DNA of 63,984 nt, the filler included. It is 6 parts of 6 records of this genome, joined end to end, with 100 filler letters (N's around TTAATTAATTAA, not from the genome) between each part and the next. Parts side by side here need not be neighbours in the genome. Positions count along the whole stretch, not along the records: positions 38,627 to 55,518 come from SRR31147125_12429; 5 more parts are not named here. One strand, written 5' to 3'. This document shows positions 38,748-49,446 of the stretch, one piece after another. A model generated the notes under the pieces. The model was not told the origin of the DNA and searched no databases. It was given only the letters and a program-made list of their open reading frames with translations. The position numbers were made by a program, and so were the translations under genes. Each line of letters begins with the position of its first letter. Position 1 is the stretch's first letter.

Positions 38748-39497
38748 ATGCGAAACATTAAACTTACAATTTCATATGATGGCTCAAACTACTCTGGTTG
38801 GCAAATTCAACCAAACGGCATAACCATTCAGGAGCTAATTCAAAATGCCGTTCGCAAGATGACTGGAGAAGAGAATAATGTTGTTGCCTCAGGAAGAACT
38901 GATGCGGGAGTTCATGCGTTAGGTCAAGTTGCTTCTTTCAGAACAGAAAAAGATATTTCTCTAGATGGATTCAAAATGGGACTTAATTCAAGTCTTCCAA
39001 AAGATATCAGGATTCTAAATACTGAAGTAGTCTCAGAGAGCTTTCATCCCATAAGAGATTCAAAGTCAAAACATTATCGATATGTTATTGCAAAAGGGAA
39101 TATCGAGGACCCAATAAACGTAAATAGAGCCTGGTTGGTGGCTGGTAATCTTAATCTCCCAGAGATGAATAAAGCTCTGAGCACTTTGGTAGGAAAGCAT
39201 GATTATACATCATTTAGAGCGGCAGATGCCTCTGATGAGAATGCTGTCCGAGAGATCTATAAGGCAGAGTGTCATGAGATGAGTGATTCATTTTATGGAA
39301 AGCGATTTGAGATTGATATTGTTGGAAGTGGTTTCTTAAAAAATATGGTTAGAAATATTGTTGGGACTCTTCTTGATGTTGGAAAAGGCAAAATAACTTC
39401 AGAAGATTTCGGGACAATATTAGAAGCAAAAGATAGAAAAAAGGCCGGGGTTTGTGCCCCAGCCTCTGGTTTGTATTTGGTTAGTGTTGAGTATTAG
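38748..39497 (+). CDS. truA: tRNA pseudouridine(38-40) synthase
   Basis: YDGSNYSGWQ, SGRTDAGVHA, GKHDYTSF and FLKNMVRNIVG motifs. Confidence 0.97.
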   Translation: MRNIKLTISYDGSNYSGWQIQPNGITIQELIQNAVRKMTGEENNVVASGRTDAGVHALGQVASFRTEKDISLDGFKMGLNSSLPKDIRILNTEVVSESFHPIRDSKSKHYRYVIAKGNIEDPINVNRAWLVAGNLNLPEMNKALSTLVGKHDYTSFRAADASDENAVREIYKAECHEMSDSFYGKRFEIDIVGSGFLKNMVRNIVGTLLDVGKGKITSEDFGTILEAKDRKKAGVCAPASGLYLVSVEY

Positions 39498-41680
39498 AGG
39501 TCGTCACCTGTTACAGGATCTTTCTCTTCCTTGAACCTCATTTCATAAACGGTTAAGCCTTCTTCACTGCCAGGAGCTTCGTCATCCCAATCTAGAGCTG
39601 TACCATCTTCTGTTGCATATCCTGAATCAACGCCACACATATCTTCAGGAACAGTGCTTGAGCTTTGACTAATTTCATCATCATTTTGATCTACATAAGG
39701 ATTCGATGGTGCCATAAATCCATCGACCTTAGAATCGTTAGGATCTTCTGTACCCCAGTCAATTACGCTTCCTTTACTTCCAAAGAGAAGGTCTGAGCCT
39801 GTTGCGCCGTCAATGGATGTGTATCCCATTGGTGTTGCTGTAATTGCTTCGCCACTTTCGTTTGTGACTTTAATTTTATCAAGATCAAAAGCCTCAGCTC
39901 CATCTTTAATTCTAATTTTAATTCTATCGTGGCTTCCATCCTCGTGGACATCGATCATGTAGACTATTAGGTCGCCTTCTGGAGTTGTTTCATAGAATAC
40001 TGCATCAACATCAAAACCATCTGGAGCTGTGAAGTTTAATTCTTCATTAGAAGTGCCATCTAATGTATCTAGTACGATTTCACCGTTTGCAGCAGTTGCA
40101 TCGCCGTGCCAGTAATCTCCACCCCAAGTGCAATCTCCATCTACTGTCTTGTCTTCAATAATTCCATCCAGCTTAGTGTCGCTCAAACTGCTTCCTTCAT
40201 CCAGTTCGTCTGCCTCGATCATATACTTGTCCAAGTTCGTCTGAGGACCTAGGATTGAATCATCACCACTATTGCCAAGTAGGGTTATGTGATTACCATT
40301 TGTATAGCAATTTCTCCAATCTATGATTGTTGATTTTGAATTAGCTTTCATAATAATTTCTGACTGATTGCTTGAGTCAGCTGCACCTCTGATTCTGAGT
40401 GTTAAATAGACAGGATCTTTTGGATTTCCGTCAGCATCATATTCAGTTTTTACGAAAGTAACAACGATGTCATCTCCATCGTTCTTGGCATATGCCATTG
40501 AGTAGCCTTCTGGAGTGTTTATTTCTATTGTATTGTCTGAGCTTCCCGCTGTTTTTTCAATTGTGTATTCACCAGTTTCAGCATCATATCCAGCGCTTTC
40601 CCAGCCATACATGTTTACTGCACCAGTGATTTCGCTCTCTGAACCAACATTGTAATCTGCAGATTTCTCTTCTTCATAAACCATTGTAGCTTCATTTGGA
40701 TTGTGAACATCAGTAACGACCGTATCATCAGCTCCGCCACCTGCAAAGACTACATCATTATCTAAACCACCATCGATGAAATCATTTCCGCCGACTCCTG
40801 GAGAATATGATGGGTCTATGTAATATTGATCACCATTGATATGATCCATTCCAGCAGATCCATAAAGTTTGTCATCGCCTAGGTTTCCTACGATATGGTC
40901 ATCAGATTGTGAACCGATGATGATATCATTACCGCTTCCGCCGATTAGCCACATTCCATTTGCTGAGCTTCCAAAAGGATTATAAGTACTGTTATCACCA
41001 CTTGCACGAATAACTCTGCTCATATCCATGATTAAATCTTGTTCACATTCACCACCATAGATATAGATCTGAACATCTGTTCTTGTGGCCAGACCTTTAA
41101 GTACGTAAGTCTTCTTTTCACCATCTTTGTCAGTTGTTGTAATCCAGATGTCATCACCAACGGTCTTACCTTCAACTTTAACAATATCGTCACCGACCTT
41201 AAAGCCGATTGCTGAATCATAAAGAGAGTCGTATGACTGAACGCCACTATTTGGAACCATAATAACGCCTTCAAGAGTTCCTGTGTCTTGACCTGGTTCA
41301 TTTACTTTTGAATAGTATTCTTGATAAGCTTCTGAACTTTCATCCATCCATTCCATATCACCGTTCCAACCATCTTCAATGTCTGGTAGGTTTTCGTAAA
41401 AGTCACCACTTTCCCCAACGCCGCCGTTCCAAACGCCGGTTTCAAGGAATGTTTCTAGAAGCGCAATTTGACCGTCGATCCTGGCCTTCATTGATTCGAT
41501 CTTGGCCTGTTCTTCGAGGCTTAAATATTCATAGTATTCAGAACTGCTATTGAGGTTTTGTTTTGCTTCTGAGAGTTCCTCAATTAAAGACTGTGCATAG
41601 GCCTCTTGCTCAGCAGTTACGCCAGTTGACCCGGTTGCCTCAGTTCCAAATTTTACTGTATTCATTTTAATACTACTCAT
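39494..41680 (-). CDS. Acidic RTX-repeat (Ca2+-binding) protein with three internal modules
   Basis: GGSGNDIIIG, GNLGDDKLYG, GGNDFIDGGLDND, GNSGDDSILG and GATGSDLLFG repeats; no signal peptide. Confidence 0.8.
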   Translation of the reverse strand: MSSIKMNTVKFGTEATGSTGVTAEQEAYAQSLIEELSEAKQNLNSSSEYYEYLSLEEQAKIESMKARIDGQIALLETFLETGVWNGGVGESGDFYENLPDIEDGWNGDMEWMDESSEAYQEYYSKVNEPGQDTGTLEGVIMVPNSGVQSYDSLYDSAIGFKVGDDIVKVEGKTVGDDIWITTTDKDGEKKTYVLKGLATRTDVQIYIYGGECEQDLIMDMSRVIRASGDNSTYNPFGSSANGMWLIGGSGNDIIIGSQSDDHIVGNLGDDKLYGSAGMDHINGDQYYIDPSYSPGVGGNDFIDGGLDNDVVFAGGGADDTVVTDVHNPNEATMVYEEEKSADYNVGSESEITGAVNMYGWESAGYDAETGEYTIEKTAGSSDNTIEINTPEGYSMAYAKNDGDDIVVTFVKTEYDADGNPKDPVYLTLRIRGAADSSNQSEIIMKANSKSTIIDWRNCYTNGNHITLLGNSGDDSILGPQTNLDKYMIEADELDEGSSLSDTKLDGIIEDKTVDGDCTWGGDYWHGDATAANGEIVLDTLDGTSNEELNFTAPDGFDVDAVFYETTPEGDLIVYMIDVHEDGSHDRIKIRIKDGAEAFDLDKIKVTNESGEAITATPMGYTSIDGATGSDLLFGSKGSVIDWGTEDPNDSKVDGFMAPSNPYVDQNDDEISQSSSTVPEDMCGVDSGYATEDGTALDWDDEAPGSEEGLTVYEMRFKEEKDPVTGDDL

Positions 41681-41689
41681 AATTCACTC

Positions 41690-44050
41690 CTAAATATCAA
41701 TATCTGCAAATGGATCTTCTGAACCTTCACTGGTTAAGCTTGACCAATCTTCATCTTCTTCACCAAAACCGCCGGTCCAAGCACTCCATCCACCAAAGAA
41801 ATCGTCTAAAAATTCTTGATCTTTTTCAAATTCTCCACCCCAGTCAATGTTAGAATAGTCTGTCAAAGGATTCCCTTCCAATTCATCCTTGTTAACCTGA
41901 TTTCGAATAGCTTCTTTATGGGCCTTTATCTGATTCGGTATCAGATCATTTTGGATATCATCTATGCTGCACATATGGTCTAGCTGAATTTCCCATTCTT
42001 CACCTGTGTTTTTATCTGTTGCAGGTTTTGAACTAAAGCCCCATAGTTCATCATTATAATTGTCGTAAACATCTGGTTCTAGGAATCCAAAGAAGGATAC
42101 ATCATTTGTTGAAATGATATAGGCATCATCACCTGCTTTTCCAAAATCTTCACTTTCGTGGTTTGGAAATTGTTGGTTGGCTATAGAAACGCTGCCATTA
42201 GTGTTGTTTAGTTCAATATAGATAGCGTCGTCTTTATCCTCCGTTCCCCAAGGTGGAACTACATATATCTCTTCGTCATTTTTTCCGCCCCTGACTAAAC
42301 CAAATCCATCAGCCATTAAATGGCCGCCCTTTTGGAAGACAGCGTTAAAACCAGTTCCTCCCTTTAGAACATTAGTTTGCAGGGCTTCTGTCTTTTCACC
42401 TTCAACATCCATAAAGTCAGTAAATTCACTACTGGGCTCACCTAAAAGGAAAAAATCGCTTGCGTTTGTGCCTATAGCACTTATTGTTGAAAAACCATCA
42501 ACTAATAGGCCGCCGGCGTCATCATTGAAGTCCTGAACTGCATTTGCGTAGACACCTTCCTCGCCTGCACTTATGAAATTATATGCTGCTTCAATCTTGC
42601 TTAGAACGGTGGAGTCTAGGGTATATTCTGCATTTGCTTCCATATTTGAAGCATCTATGTGAAGACCGCTTGTTCGTTTGTACTCATCATCCTCATAACC
42701 GTCAATTAAAGATACAGCAAAGTTTTCAGCAGCTTCGTCACCTATTCCAGCAAGCTGGATCTTGACCTTTTCTTCCATATCGCCATTTTGATATGTTATC
42801 TCTAATCTATGATCATCACCTTCACCCGTTATAGAAGGAGTTGTTACAACTTTGACACTTAAAACTCTTTTTAGTTCCCATCCACTTGGACTATCTACTG
42901 CACCCATTACAATCTCATTCTGGCCATATTCGTTCATTACATTTTCAAGGCCGACAATATTTCCATCTTCATCAATTCTTAAATATTCAGGTATTGCAAT
43001 TTCAAAAGGTGCTTGAAATAGATTATCCTCACTTGAACCGTGTCTCTCTACACCAGTTTTTTGACTACTTGTTAGCTGAAAGACATAATCTACTTGTGAG
43101 TTGATTGTATCTGGCCACTCTTCCTTTGGAAGTAGGGCGGTATTGCCATGTGAAAATGTAACGTTGTAGTTGCAATCCTTCATTGAGCCAACATCAAGAG
43201 GATTTCCCTCAGCATCGAATGAAAAGGCCATACCAGTCTCGACATTGATTATATCTGTGATTTCTACTGTATCGCCTGTATGCTCACAGTCAGCCTTTTT
43301 TGTTGCAATACATTTTAATGAACTCTCTGGATTTCCGATATAACCATCATTATTTTGGACTAAACCAAAATCGTCGACACTTGGCTTATTATGTAGCGTT
43401 GCTGGTTCACCATCAATATAATTTCCGCCGCCTTCTTTCTGGTATTCCAGCTGCCATTTGTAATATTCTTTACCGTATTCGGTTAATGCCGCTTCTTCCA
43501 TTTCCCAAAAAGCCTGAATTTCTTGTCTTAGATCTGGGATTTTTTCTAGTTGATCTTCAATTATTCTCGAAGCACATTCCCTTTCTTCAATTACTTGAAA
43601 AAGAATTCCTTTGGTAGCGGCCGGAACAATTTCTAAAGCTTCTTTGATATCGGCAATTGATCGCTTAACCTTACTTCTGAGGTCGAGATACTTAGTCTCT
43701 AAGAGATCAATAAATTCTCTTTTTCTTGTCATATCGATTTCGAGATCTGGATTACCAGTAATTTGTTCTACAAGAGGAACGATAACTTCTTTCCAGTCTC
43801 TTATTGAAGCACCAGTTGTCTGAGATTCCCAGAATGTTCTCCAATCTGAAAATTCTTCCTGAGCTTCTAATGCAGCTTGTTCTTCTTCGGTAAGTTCAGA
43901 ATCTTCTTGCACAAATTCATCTTCAAGAAACTTGTTGATATCAGTTGTGCTCTCAGTAGATTCACTTGACTCAGTAAATTTTTCACTGTTTTCAGTCTTT
44001 GGATCGACTACCGAAGTCTTGCCTGCATTTTGTGTTGTTGAAACTTTCAT
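41690..44050 (-). CDS. Large highly acidic orphan protein with N-terminal coiled coil
   Basis: 786-aa D/E-rich ORF with RBS GGAG; one RTX-like LKGGTGFN. Confidence 0.8.
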   Translation of the reverse strand: MKVSTTQNAGKTSVVDPKTENSEKFTESSESTESTTDINKFLEDEFVQEDSELTEEEQAALEAQEEFSDWRTFWESQTTGASIRDWKEVIVPLVEQITGNPDLEIDMTRKREFIDLLETKYLDLRSKVKRSIADIKEALEIVPAATKGILFQVIEERECASRIIEDQLEKIPDLRQEIQAFWEMEEAALTEYGKEYYKWQLEYQKEGGGNYIDGEPATLHNKPSVDDFGLVQNNDGYIGNPESSLKCIATKKADCEHTGDTVEITDIINVETGMAFSFDAEGNPLDVGSMKDCNYNVTFSHGNTALLPKEEWPDTINSQVDYVFQLTSSQKTGVERHGSSEDNLFQAPFEIAIPEYLRIDEDGNIVGLENVMNEYGQNEIVMGAVDSPSGWELKRVLSVKVVTTPSITGEGDDHRLEITYQNGDMEEKVKIQLAGIGDEAAENFAVSLIDGYEDDEYKRTSGLHIDASNMEANAEYTLDSTVLSKIEAAYNFISAGEEGVYANAVQDFNDDAGGLLVDGFSTISAIGTNASDFFLLGEPSSEFTDFMDVEGEKTEALQTNVLKGGTGFNAVFQKGGHLMADGFGLVRGGKNDEEIYVVPPWGTEDKDDAIYIELNNTNGSVSIANQQFPNHESEDFGKAGDDAYIISTNDVSFFGFLEPDVYDNYNDELWGFSSKPATDKNTGEEWEIQLDHMCSIDDIQNDLIPNQIKAHKEAIRNQVNKDELEGNPLTDYSNIDWGGEFEKDQEFLDDFFGGWSAWTGGFGEEDEDWSSLTSEGSEDPFADIDI

Positions 44051-44090
44051 AAATCTCCATTAAATATAAAAATATCGCTACCTGTTGTTA

Positions 44091-44106
44091 AGCAAGAAGC
44101 TTGCCA
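44091..44106 (-). promoter_or_regulatory. sigma54 (-24/-12) promoter
   Basis: TGGCAAGCTTCTTGCT (GG-N10-GC), 40 nt upstream of ATG 44050. Confidence 0.8.
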
Positions 44107-44231
44107 ATTCTTAAGGATATCCTGTTTTTTAACTATTGGTAATTATTGGGTATTTTGATTTGGTCTCTGTTATGTGGTGGGGTTTTTGGGATTCAATTCT
44201 AAAATTTGGGACTTTAGTCATCACCTTGTTT

Positions 44232-44855
44232 TTACAAAGTTTTTGTCATTTCAGACTCAACAAATTTGAGTTGCTGATCTAGAAATTCGAGATACTTCTG
44301 TCTAGCTTGAATGATTCTTACATCGCCTTGCGTGTTAAGTATCGAATGAGTATGCTTAATTTCGAGCTTAATTATTTTTCGCTTCTCCTTATAGAAACTA
44401 TGTCGAAGCGCAGGATCTGAAACATTAGAGCTTAGCTCTGCATTTGTAGGTATATCGCGGATATCCGGGACGTTGTCCTTTAGTTCACCATAAAATTTAA
44501 CAGGGTCAAGATATTCAAATTGTTGCCTAAGTAGATCAAATTTTGTTTGTGGTGTCATTGGGCCGCGTACAAGGGCATTTGAGCTTGCTTCGGTTGCTTG
44601 ATCTATCTCCTCACACATAGGGGCTAAGCATTCCATTAGACCATCATACTCAACTCCGGGAATAATCATTCCGCCACTTTGTGTCAATTTCCACTGATCT
44701 AGTTGTGGATCTGAAGAAGAAAAACCGGAACTACCAGAGGTTGGAGCAGTAGATAACTTACTGTTATTATTGGACTTCTGGTACGAATCCTTTCCTCCAT
44801 CTTGCACAGGTGGAGCTACTTGGGAAGATTTCAATTTTACATTTTGGTCACTCAT
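44232..44855 (-). CDS. Orphan protein with S/G-rich N-terminus and helical C-terminus
   Basis: 207-aa ORF whose start overlaps the stop of the upstream gene. Confidence 0.7.
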   Translation of the reverse strand: MSDQNVKLKSSQVAPPVQDGGKDSYQKSNNNSKLSTAPTSGSSGFSSSDPQLDQWKLTQSGGMIIPGVEYDGLMECLAPMCEEIDQATEASSNALVRGPMTPQTKFDLLRQQFEYLDPVKFYGELKDNVPDIRDIPTNAELSSNVSDPALRHSFYKEKRKIIKLEIKHTHSILNTQGDVRIIQARQKYLEFLDQQLKFVESEMTKTL

Positions 44856-45133
44856 TCTATTTCCTCTGCAAAATCATCAAGTTCTGGATTGAATCTAATT
44901 TCATCAAGCTCAGCTAAGAGATTTGTTACTGATTCCTTAAGCTCAACAATATTAGCTGGTGCATTACCACCCTTTACAATTTTCTCTAGACGACTTTTTC
45001 TTGAAAGAAGGTCTGAGTAAATCGAATCCAACTGTTCCTTATCAACATTGATAGGCTTATCATTCGATTGAACAATTTCAGCTGGTTTGTTGCCTATATT
45101 TCTCGTAGTTTTGTTTAGCATATTAATCACCAT
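44852..45133 (-). CDS. Small orphan coiled-coil protein
   Basis: ATG 45133 lies downstream of a sigma54 promoter; the ORF-track start at 45178 abuts the promoter and is unlikely. Confidence 0.65.
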   Translation of the reverse strand: MVINMLNKTTRNIGNKPAEIVQSNDKPINVDKEQLDSIYSDLLSRKSRLEKIVKGGNAPANIVELKESVTNLLAELDEIRFNPELDDFAEEIE

Positions 45134-45178
45134 AGTTTTGTTTCTCAAATAAGTTAGAGAAACTTCCACTAGGATCAA

Positions 45179-45194
45179 AGCAAGAAGTTTGCCA
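45179..45194 (-). promoter_or_regulatory. sigma54 (-24/-12) promoter
   Basis: TGGCAAACTTCTTGCT, 15/16 identical to the site at 44091-44106. Confidence 0.8.
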
Positions 45195-45330
45195 GAATTG
45201 TTGAAAATAACATTTTATGAAAAGTTAAACTATTTTATGGGTTTAGGTGTTTAGGTGTTCACTTAGTATTAAGAGGAATTGCCGAGAAAATGGGAAGAGT
45301 AGGGCTTTTGTGGGTAGTAAGGTCACCAAA

Positions 45331-45914
45331 TTACTTATCCATCATTTTTGAAGCTAGATCTTTTAAACGCTGAATTTGATCTAAGAGAGATTCGAGTTGT
45401 TTAATGTCTGGGATTCTGCTTCCTGACGTTGATGAGACCCTTTTGCTTGGCGATTAATTGATGAAACTTCATCGAGAATCTTTTCTTCAAGGTTGGTTGC
45501 TTCTTTCTTTGGGGTGATCGGAGTGTGCTTTTTGGACCCCTTTGTATATTTGCTGATTAGTGGAGCTATTTGTTCAATCGAGTCTCTTGTTTTTACAAGA
45601 TATTCAGTTCCGCCTTTTTTGATAACTTCAGCTGCCGCACTTTCATCACCGCTACCAGTAAGGACAATAAGAGGAACGTTCCCTAGTTTGCTTCTTAATT
45701 GCGGTATTTCTGATATGATTGAGGAATTATTAATATATAAATCTGTGAATACGAGATTGTAATCTGTCTGTTCTATGAAATCTAGGGCGTCATCAACTGT
45801 CTCTACGCTGTGTAGATCAACCGGAGCGAAGTTTCTCTCAATTACTTGGGAAAGTAGGTCGGCATGATCAATGTTGTCTTCTATGATAAGTATTCTGAGT
45901 AATTTTTTCTTCAT
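45331..45914 (-). CDS. Response regulator receiver protein, probable frameshift near 45440
   Basis: ILIIEDN, FTDLYI, IVLTGSG and EYLVK receiver motifs; the alternative frame gives a helical end IPDIKQLESLLDQIQRLKDLASKMMDK*. Confidence 0.8.
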
Positions 45915-45951
45915 GAAAAGAGGTTTAGCATCAATTATACAATTTTTAAAT

Positions 45952-46000
45952 AAAAAACGGATGTATACAGGCTGATTTTTCGTCAAGCTGTATACATCCG
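45952..46000 (-). terminator. Intrinsic terminator after metK
   Basis: 13-bp stem CGGATGTATACAG/CTGTATACATCCG followed by T6. Confidence 0.75.
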
Positions 46001-46009
46001 GGTTAATAG

Positions 46010-47185
46010 TTAGATATTAAGAAAGCTCTTTATCGCATCGACTTTGTCAGTCTTTTCCCAAGCAAAATCATCTTCTTCGCGTCCAAAATGACCGTAAGCT
46101 GCTGTGTTTTTATAGATAGGTCTCAAAAGCTTTAAATGAGAGATGATCTCAGCAGGTCTTAGTGGAAAGATCTCTCTGACTGCTTCATCAATCTTTTCAG
46201 GTTCAACTTTTGATGTCCCAAAGCCATTGACGAGAAGAGAGACAGGATCTGGGTAACCAATTGCGTATGCAATCTGGACTTCACATCGATCAACGGCACC
46301 AGAAGCAACAAGGTTTTTGGCAATATATCTAGCCATGTAGGAAGCGCTTCTGTCAACTTTAGAAGGGTCTTTCCCTGAGAATGCGCCGCCACCATGTGAA
46401 CCCATGCCGCCATATGTATCTGCGATGATTTTTCTTCCGGTTAATCCACAATCTGCATGTGGTCCACCAAGAACAAATCTGCCGGTTGGGTTGATTAACA
46501 AGTTGGTATTTGAATCAATCAAGTCTGTTGGTATGGTTGGTTTAATAACCTTTTCAATCAAGCCTTCTTTAAGAGCTTCATGGCTTACTTCAGGACTATG
46601 CTGAGTTGATAAAACTATTGTATCGATATGAATTGGTTTATTGCCTTCGTATTTAATAGTAACCTGAGATTTTCCATCTGGTCTAAGGAAATCGAGTTCA
46701 TTACTCTTTCTGCATTGAGCCATTTTGTAGGTCAATTGATGGGAAAGATGTATAGGGAGAGGCATAAAGACATCTGTATCGTTACAAGCATAACCAAACA
46801 TGATACCTTGATCTCCAGCTCCCTGAGCCTTATAAAGACCTTCACCATCATTAACACCTTGTGCGATGTCTGTAGACTGTTTGTCGAGAGAGACTAAAAC
46901 TGCACATGTTTCCCAGTCAAAACCCATTGAATGGTGATTATATCCGATCTCTTTAATAGTGTTTCTGACTATTTCAGGGTAATTAAGGACAGCATTTGTT
47001 GTGATTTCACCAGCTATCAGAGCCATTCCTGTTGTGACCAAAGTCTCACAAGCTACTCTTGAATTTTTATCCTGAGTTAATATTTCGTCTAAAATTGCAT
47101 CTGAAATCTGATCAGCTACCTTATCTGGGTGGCCTTCAGTGATTGATTCAGATGAGAATAGATATGTTCTGTTTCCTGATCTCAT
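46010..47185 (-). CDS. metK: S-adenosylmethionine synthetase
   Basis: [17 protein letters not shown] and [16 protein letters not shown] motifs. Confidence 0.98.
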   Translation of the reverse strand: MRSGNRTYLFSSESITEGHPDKVADQISDAILDEILTQDKNSRVACETLVTTGMALIAGEITTNAVLNYPEIVRNTIKEIGYNHHSMGFDWETCAVLVSLDKQSTDIAQGVNDGEGLYKAQGAGDQGIMFGYACNDTDVFMPLPIHLSHQLTYKMAQCRKSNELDFLRPDGKSQVTIKYEGNKPIHIDTIVLSTQHSPEVSHEALKEGLIEKVIKPTIPTDLIDSNTNLLINPTGRFVLGGPHADCGLTGRKIIADTYGGMGSHGGGAFSGKDPSKVDRSASYMARYIAKNLVASGAVDRCEVQIAYAIGYPDPVSLLVNGFGTSKVEPEKIDEAVREIFPLRPAEIISHLKLLRPIYKNTAAYGHFGREEDDFAWEKTDKVDAIKSFLNI

Positions 47186-47366
47186 GTAACCTCCTAGGAA
47201 GAATTATTAATACCAAGCTCCTGTTACTAGCTTGGTATTACGACTTTTCAATTAATATTATTAGCTAAATTTAATAGCATATGACCTATTAAAAAATTCT
47301 AGGGGATATTATTTATGGAGGCTTAATATGTCAAGTTTATAAGGGAGAAAAAGCCAGTAATATTGG

Positions 47367-49160
47367 TTATTTCTTGCGTTTTGAACGTTTAGAACTGTTA
47401 TCAAGGGTTGGTAATAGAAGAGGTTCGATCGTCTCATTAACTAGTTTTTCTATTTCCTCAGAAGTTTTTAATTTCATAAGCTTGCTTACGAGTTTCTTAG
47501 CATCCTCAAATTTAATGCTACGAATGATTTTTTTGACCCTTGGAATCGATATTGGGTTCATGCTCAAGGCATCAAGGCCCAAACCTATTAATATCATTAT
47601 GTATAATGGGTCGCCCGCCATCTCCCCACAGATTGTTACGTTAATATTGTTATCTCGTGCAGCCTTTACAGTTTGTAAAATCATTCGAATGATCGAAGGG
47701 TGCAGTGGTTTGTAGAGGTATGAGACGCTTTCATTTGTTCTGTCGATGGCTAGAGTATACTGGATTAGGTCATTTGTTCCTATGCTGAAGAAATCGACTT
47801 CGCTAGCTAAAATATCTGCTGTTAAAGCGGCTGATGGAACTTCGATCATTACACCAAGCTGATAATTGTCGTTGTAAGCAATTTTCTTCCTTTTTAGTTC
47901 CAAAGCCGTCTTTTTTAAGATGTCTTTAACTTGGCGAAGTTCGCCGATATCGGAAATCATAGGAATCATGATTCTTAAGTTCCCATGTGAGTTGGCTCTA
48001 AGTAGAGCTCTTAGCTGTGCTGTAAACATGTCGAGCTCAGTAAGTGAAAAACGGACTGCTCTTAGACCCAATGCTGGGTTGGTGTGCTCAGCATATTCTC
48101 CAGAAAAGAAGAGTTTATCTCCACCGATATCAAGAGTTCTTATAGTTACTGGTTTTGGATACATTCTCTCCAAAATGCATGAATAGTTTTCAAAGAGTTC
48201 TTCTTCAGTAGGATAGTCGATTCGATTTGCATAGAGAAATTCAGTTCTGTAGAGCCCAACGCCTTCAGCTCCATGCTCCAAAGCGGATGGAATCTCCTCG
48301 ATCATTTCGATATTAGCCACAACGTTAATTTTTCGATCATCCTCTGTCTTTGCTGGAAGGTGAGATGTTTTTATCAATCTTTGCTCAAGTCGTTTATACT
48401 TTAATTGTTGTTTTTGATAAGAAGCCAAAGAGTTTTTTGTTGGATTAATAATAACCTGGCCAGATGATCCATCAATAATCAATTGATCTCCCAAAGATAT
48501 TGCACTAACAATTTCCGGCCTTCCTAGGACTGAAGGGATTTCAAGAGATCTAGCTATGATTGCAGTATGAGACGTATCTCCACCCATTGCAGTTATAAAA
48601 CCTTCAACGCGATCGCGTGGCAAGGATGCAACTTCGGCAGGTGAAAGATCGTTTGTTACGATGATAAAATTTCCCTGTTCAAGTGTATCTAAAGAAAATT
48701 CAGCACTTCCTTGAAGGTTTTGTAGGATTCTTCGACCAACGTACTCAATATCATCCTTTCTTTCTTGAAAATAGCTTTCACCCATATCTGAAAAGACAAG
48801 TTTAAGTTCGTTCAAAGTTTTTTCAAGAGCCCATTCGGCATTTATTTTTTGAGATGTAAGATATTGAATTGTGTGAGTCAGGAGCATTTCATCTTGAAGA
48901 AGCATAGAATGAGACTCAAGGATGTTGAATTGTTCCTCTCCCCTGAATTTACACATCTTGTTTTTGATTTTCTGGAGTTGTTCTTTAGATTTTTGAATGG
49001 CTTGTTTAAAGCGCATGATCTCTGATGTGATTTCTTTGTCATTGACCCAGTATTTGGGGTAGCGCTCAGAGCTTGGAGCAACAACATAAGCCTCGCCCAT
49101 AACTATCCCTGGGATAAGAGACTTGTACTCGAAAACTTTAGTTTTGCTTGATCCTGCCAT
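47367..49160 (-). CDS. ptsI: PTS enzyme I
   Basis: GGDTSHTAIIARS, GLYRTEFL, RTLDIGGDK, FFSIGTNDLIQY and CGEMAGD motifs. Confidence 0.96.
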   Translation of the reverse strand: MAGSSKTKVFEYKSLIPGIVMGEAYVVAPSSERYPKYWVNDKEITSEIMRFKQAIQKSKEQLQKIKNKMCKFRGEEQFNILESHSMLLQDEMLLTHTIQYLTSQKINAEWALEKTLNELKLVFSDMGESYFQERKDDIEYVGRRILQNLQGSAEFSLDTLEQGNFIIVTNDLSPAEVASLPRDRVEGFITAMGGDTSHTAIIARSLEIPSVLGRPEIVSAISLGDQLIIDGSSGQVIINPTKNSLASYQKQQLKYKRLEQRLIKTSHLPAKTEDDRKINVVANIEMIEEIPSALEHGAEGVGLYRTEFLYANRIDYPTEEELFENYSCILERMYPKPVTIRTLDIGGDKLFFSGEYAEHTNPALGLRAVRFSLTELDMFTAQLRALLRANSHGNLRIMIPMISDIGELRQVKDILKKTALELKRKKIAYNDNYQLGVMIEVPSAALTADILASEVDFFSIGTNDLIQYTLAIDRTNESVSYLYKPLHPSIIRMILQTVKAARDNNINVTICGEMAGDPLYIMILIGLGLDALSMNPISIPRVKKIIRSIKFEDAKKLVSKLMKLKTSEEIEKLVNETIEPLLLPTLDNSSKRSKRKK

Positions 49161-49163
49161 ATA

Positions 49164-49442
49164 TTAATTTTCTTCTCCAAACTTATCGTTAATGAGATTA
49201 CCTATTTCGCCTATTGCATCTTCTGCATCGGGACCCTTGGCTAAAATATCGATTTCACTTCCTTTGGCAGCTGCGAGCATTAAAATTCCCATTATACTTT
49301 TACCATTAACAGTGATCGAGTCTTTAGTTACATGGATTTCGCTGCGAAACTTGTTAGAAATTTTGACAAATGTCGCCGCTGCTCTTGCATGTAGTCCCAA
49401 TTCATTAATTATTGTAAATGTTCCTATTGCTTCGTTGCTCAT
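49164..49442 (-). CDS. ptsH: Phosphocarrier HPr
   Basis: GLHARAA and NGKSIMG motifs. Confidence 0.95.
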   Translation of the reverse strand: MSNEAIGTFTIINELGLHARAAATFVKISNKFRSEIHVTKDSITVNGKSIMGILMLAAAKGSEIDILAKGPDAEDAIGEIGNLINDKFGEEN

Positions 49443-49446
49443 AAAG

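Noticed and set aside
47186-47366. SAM riboswitch upstream of metK
   Set aside because: No SAM-I or SAM-II consensus elements recognised; only a simple inverted repeat.
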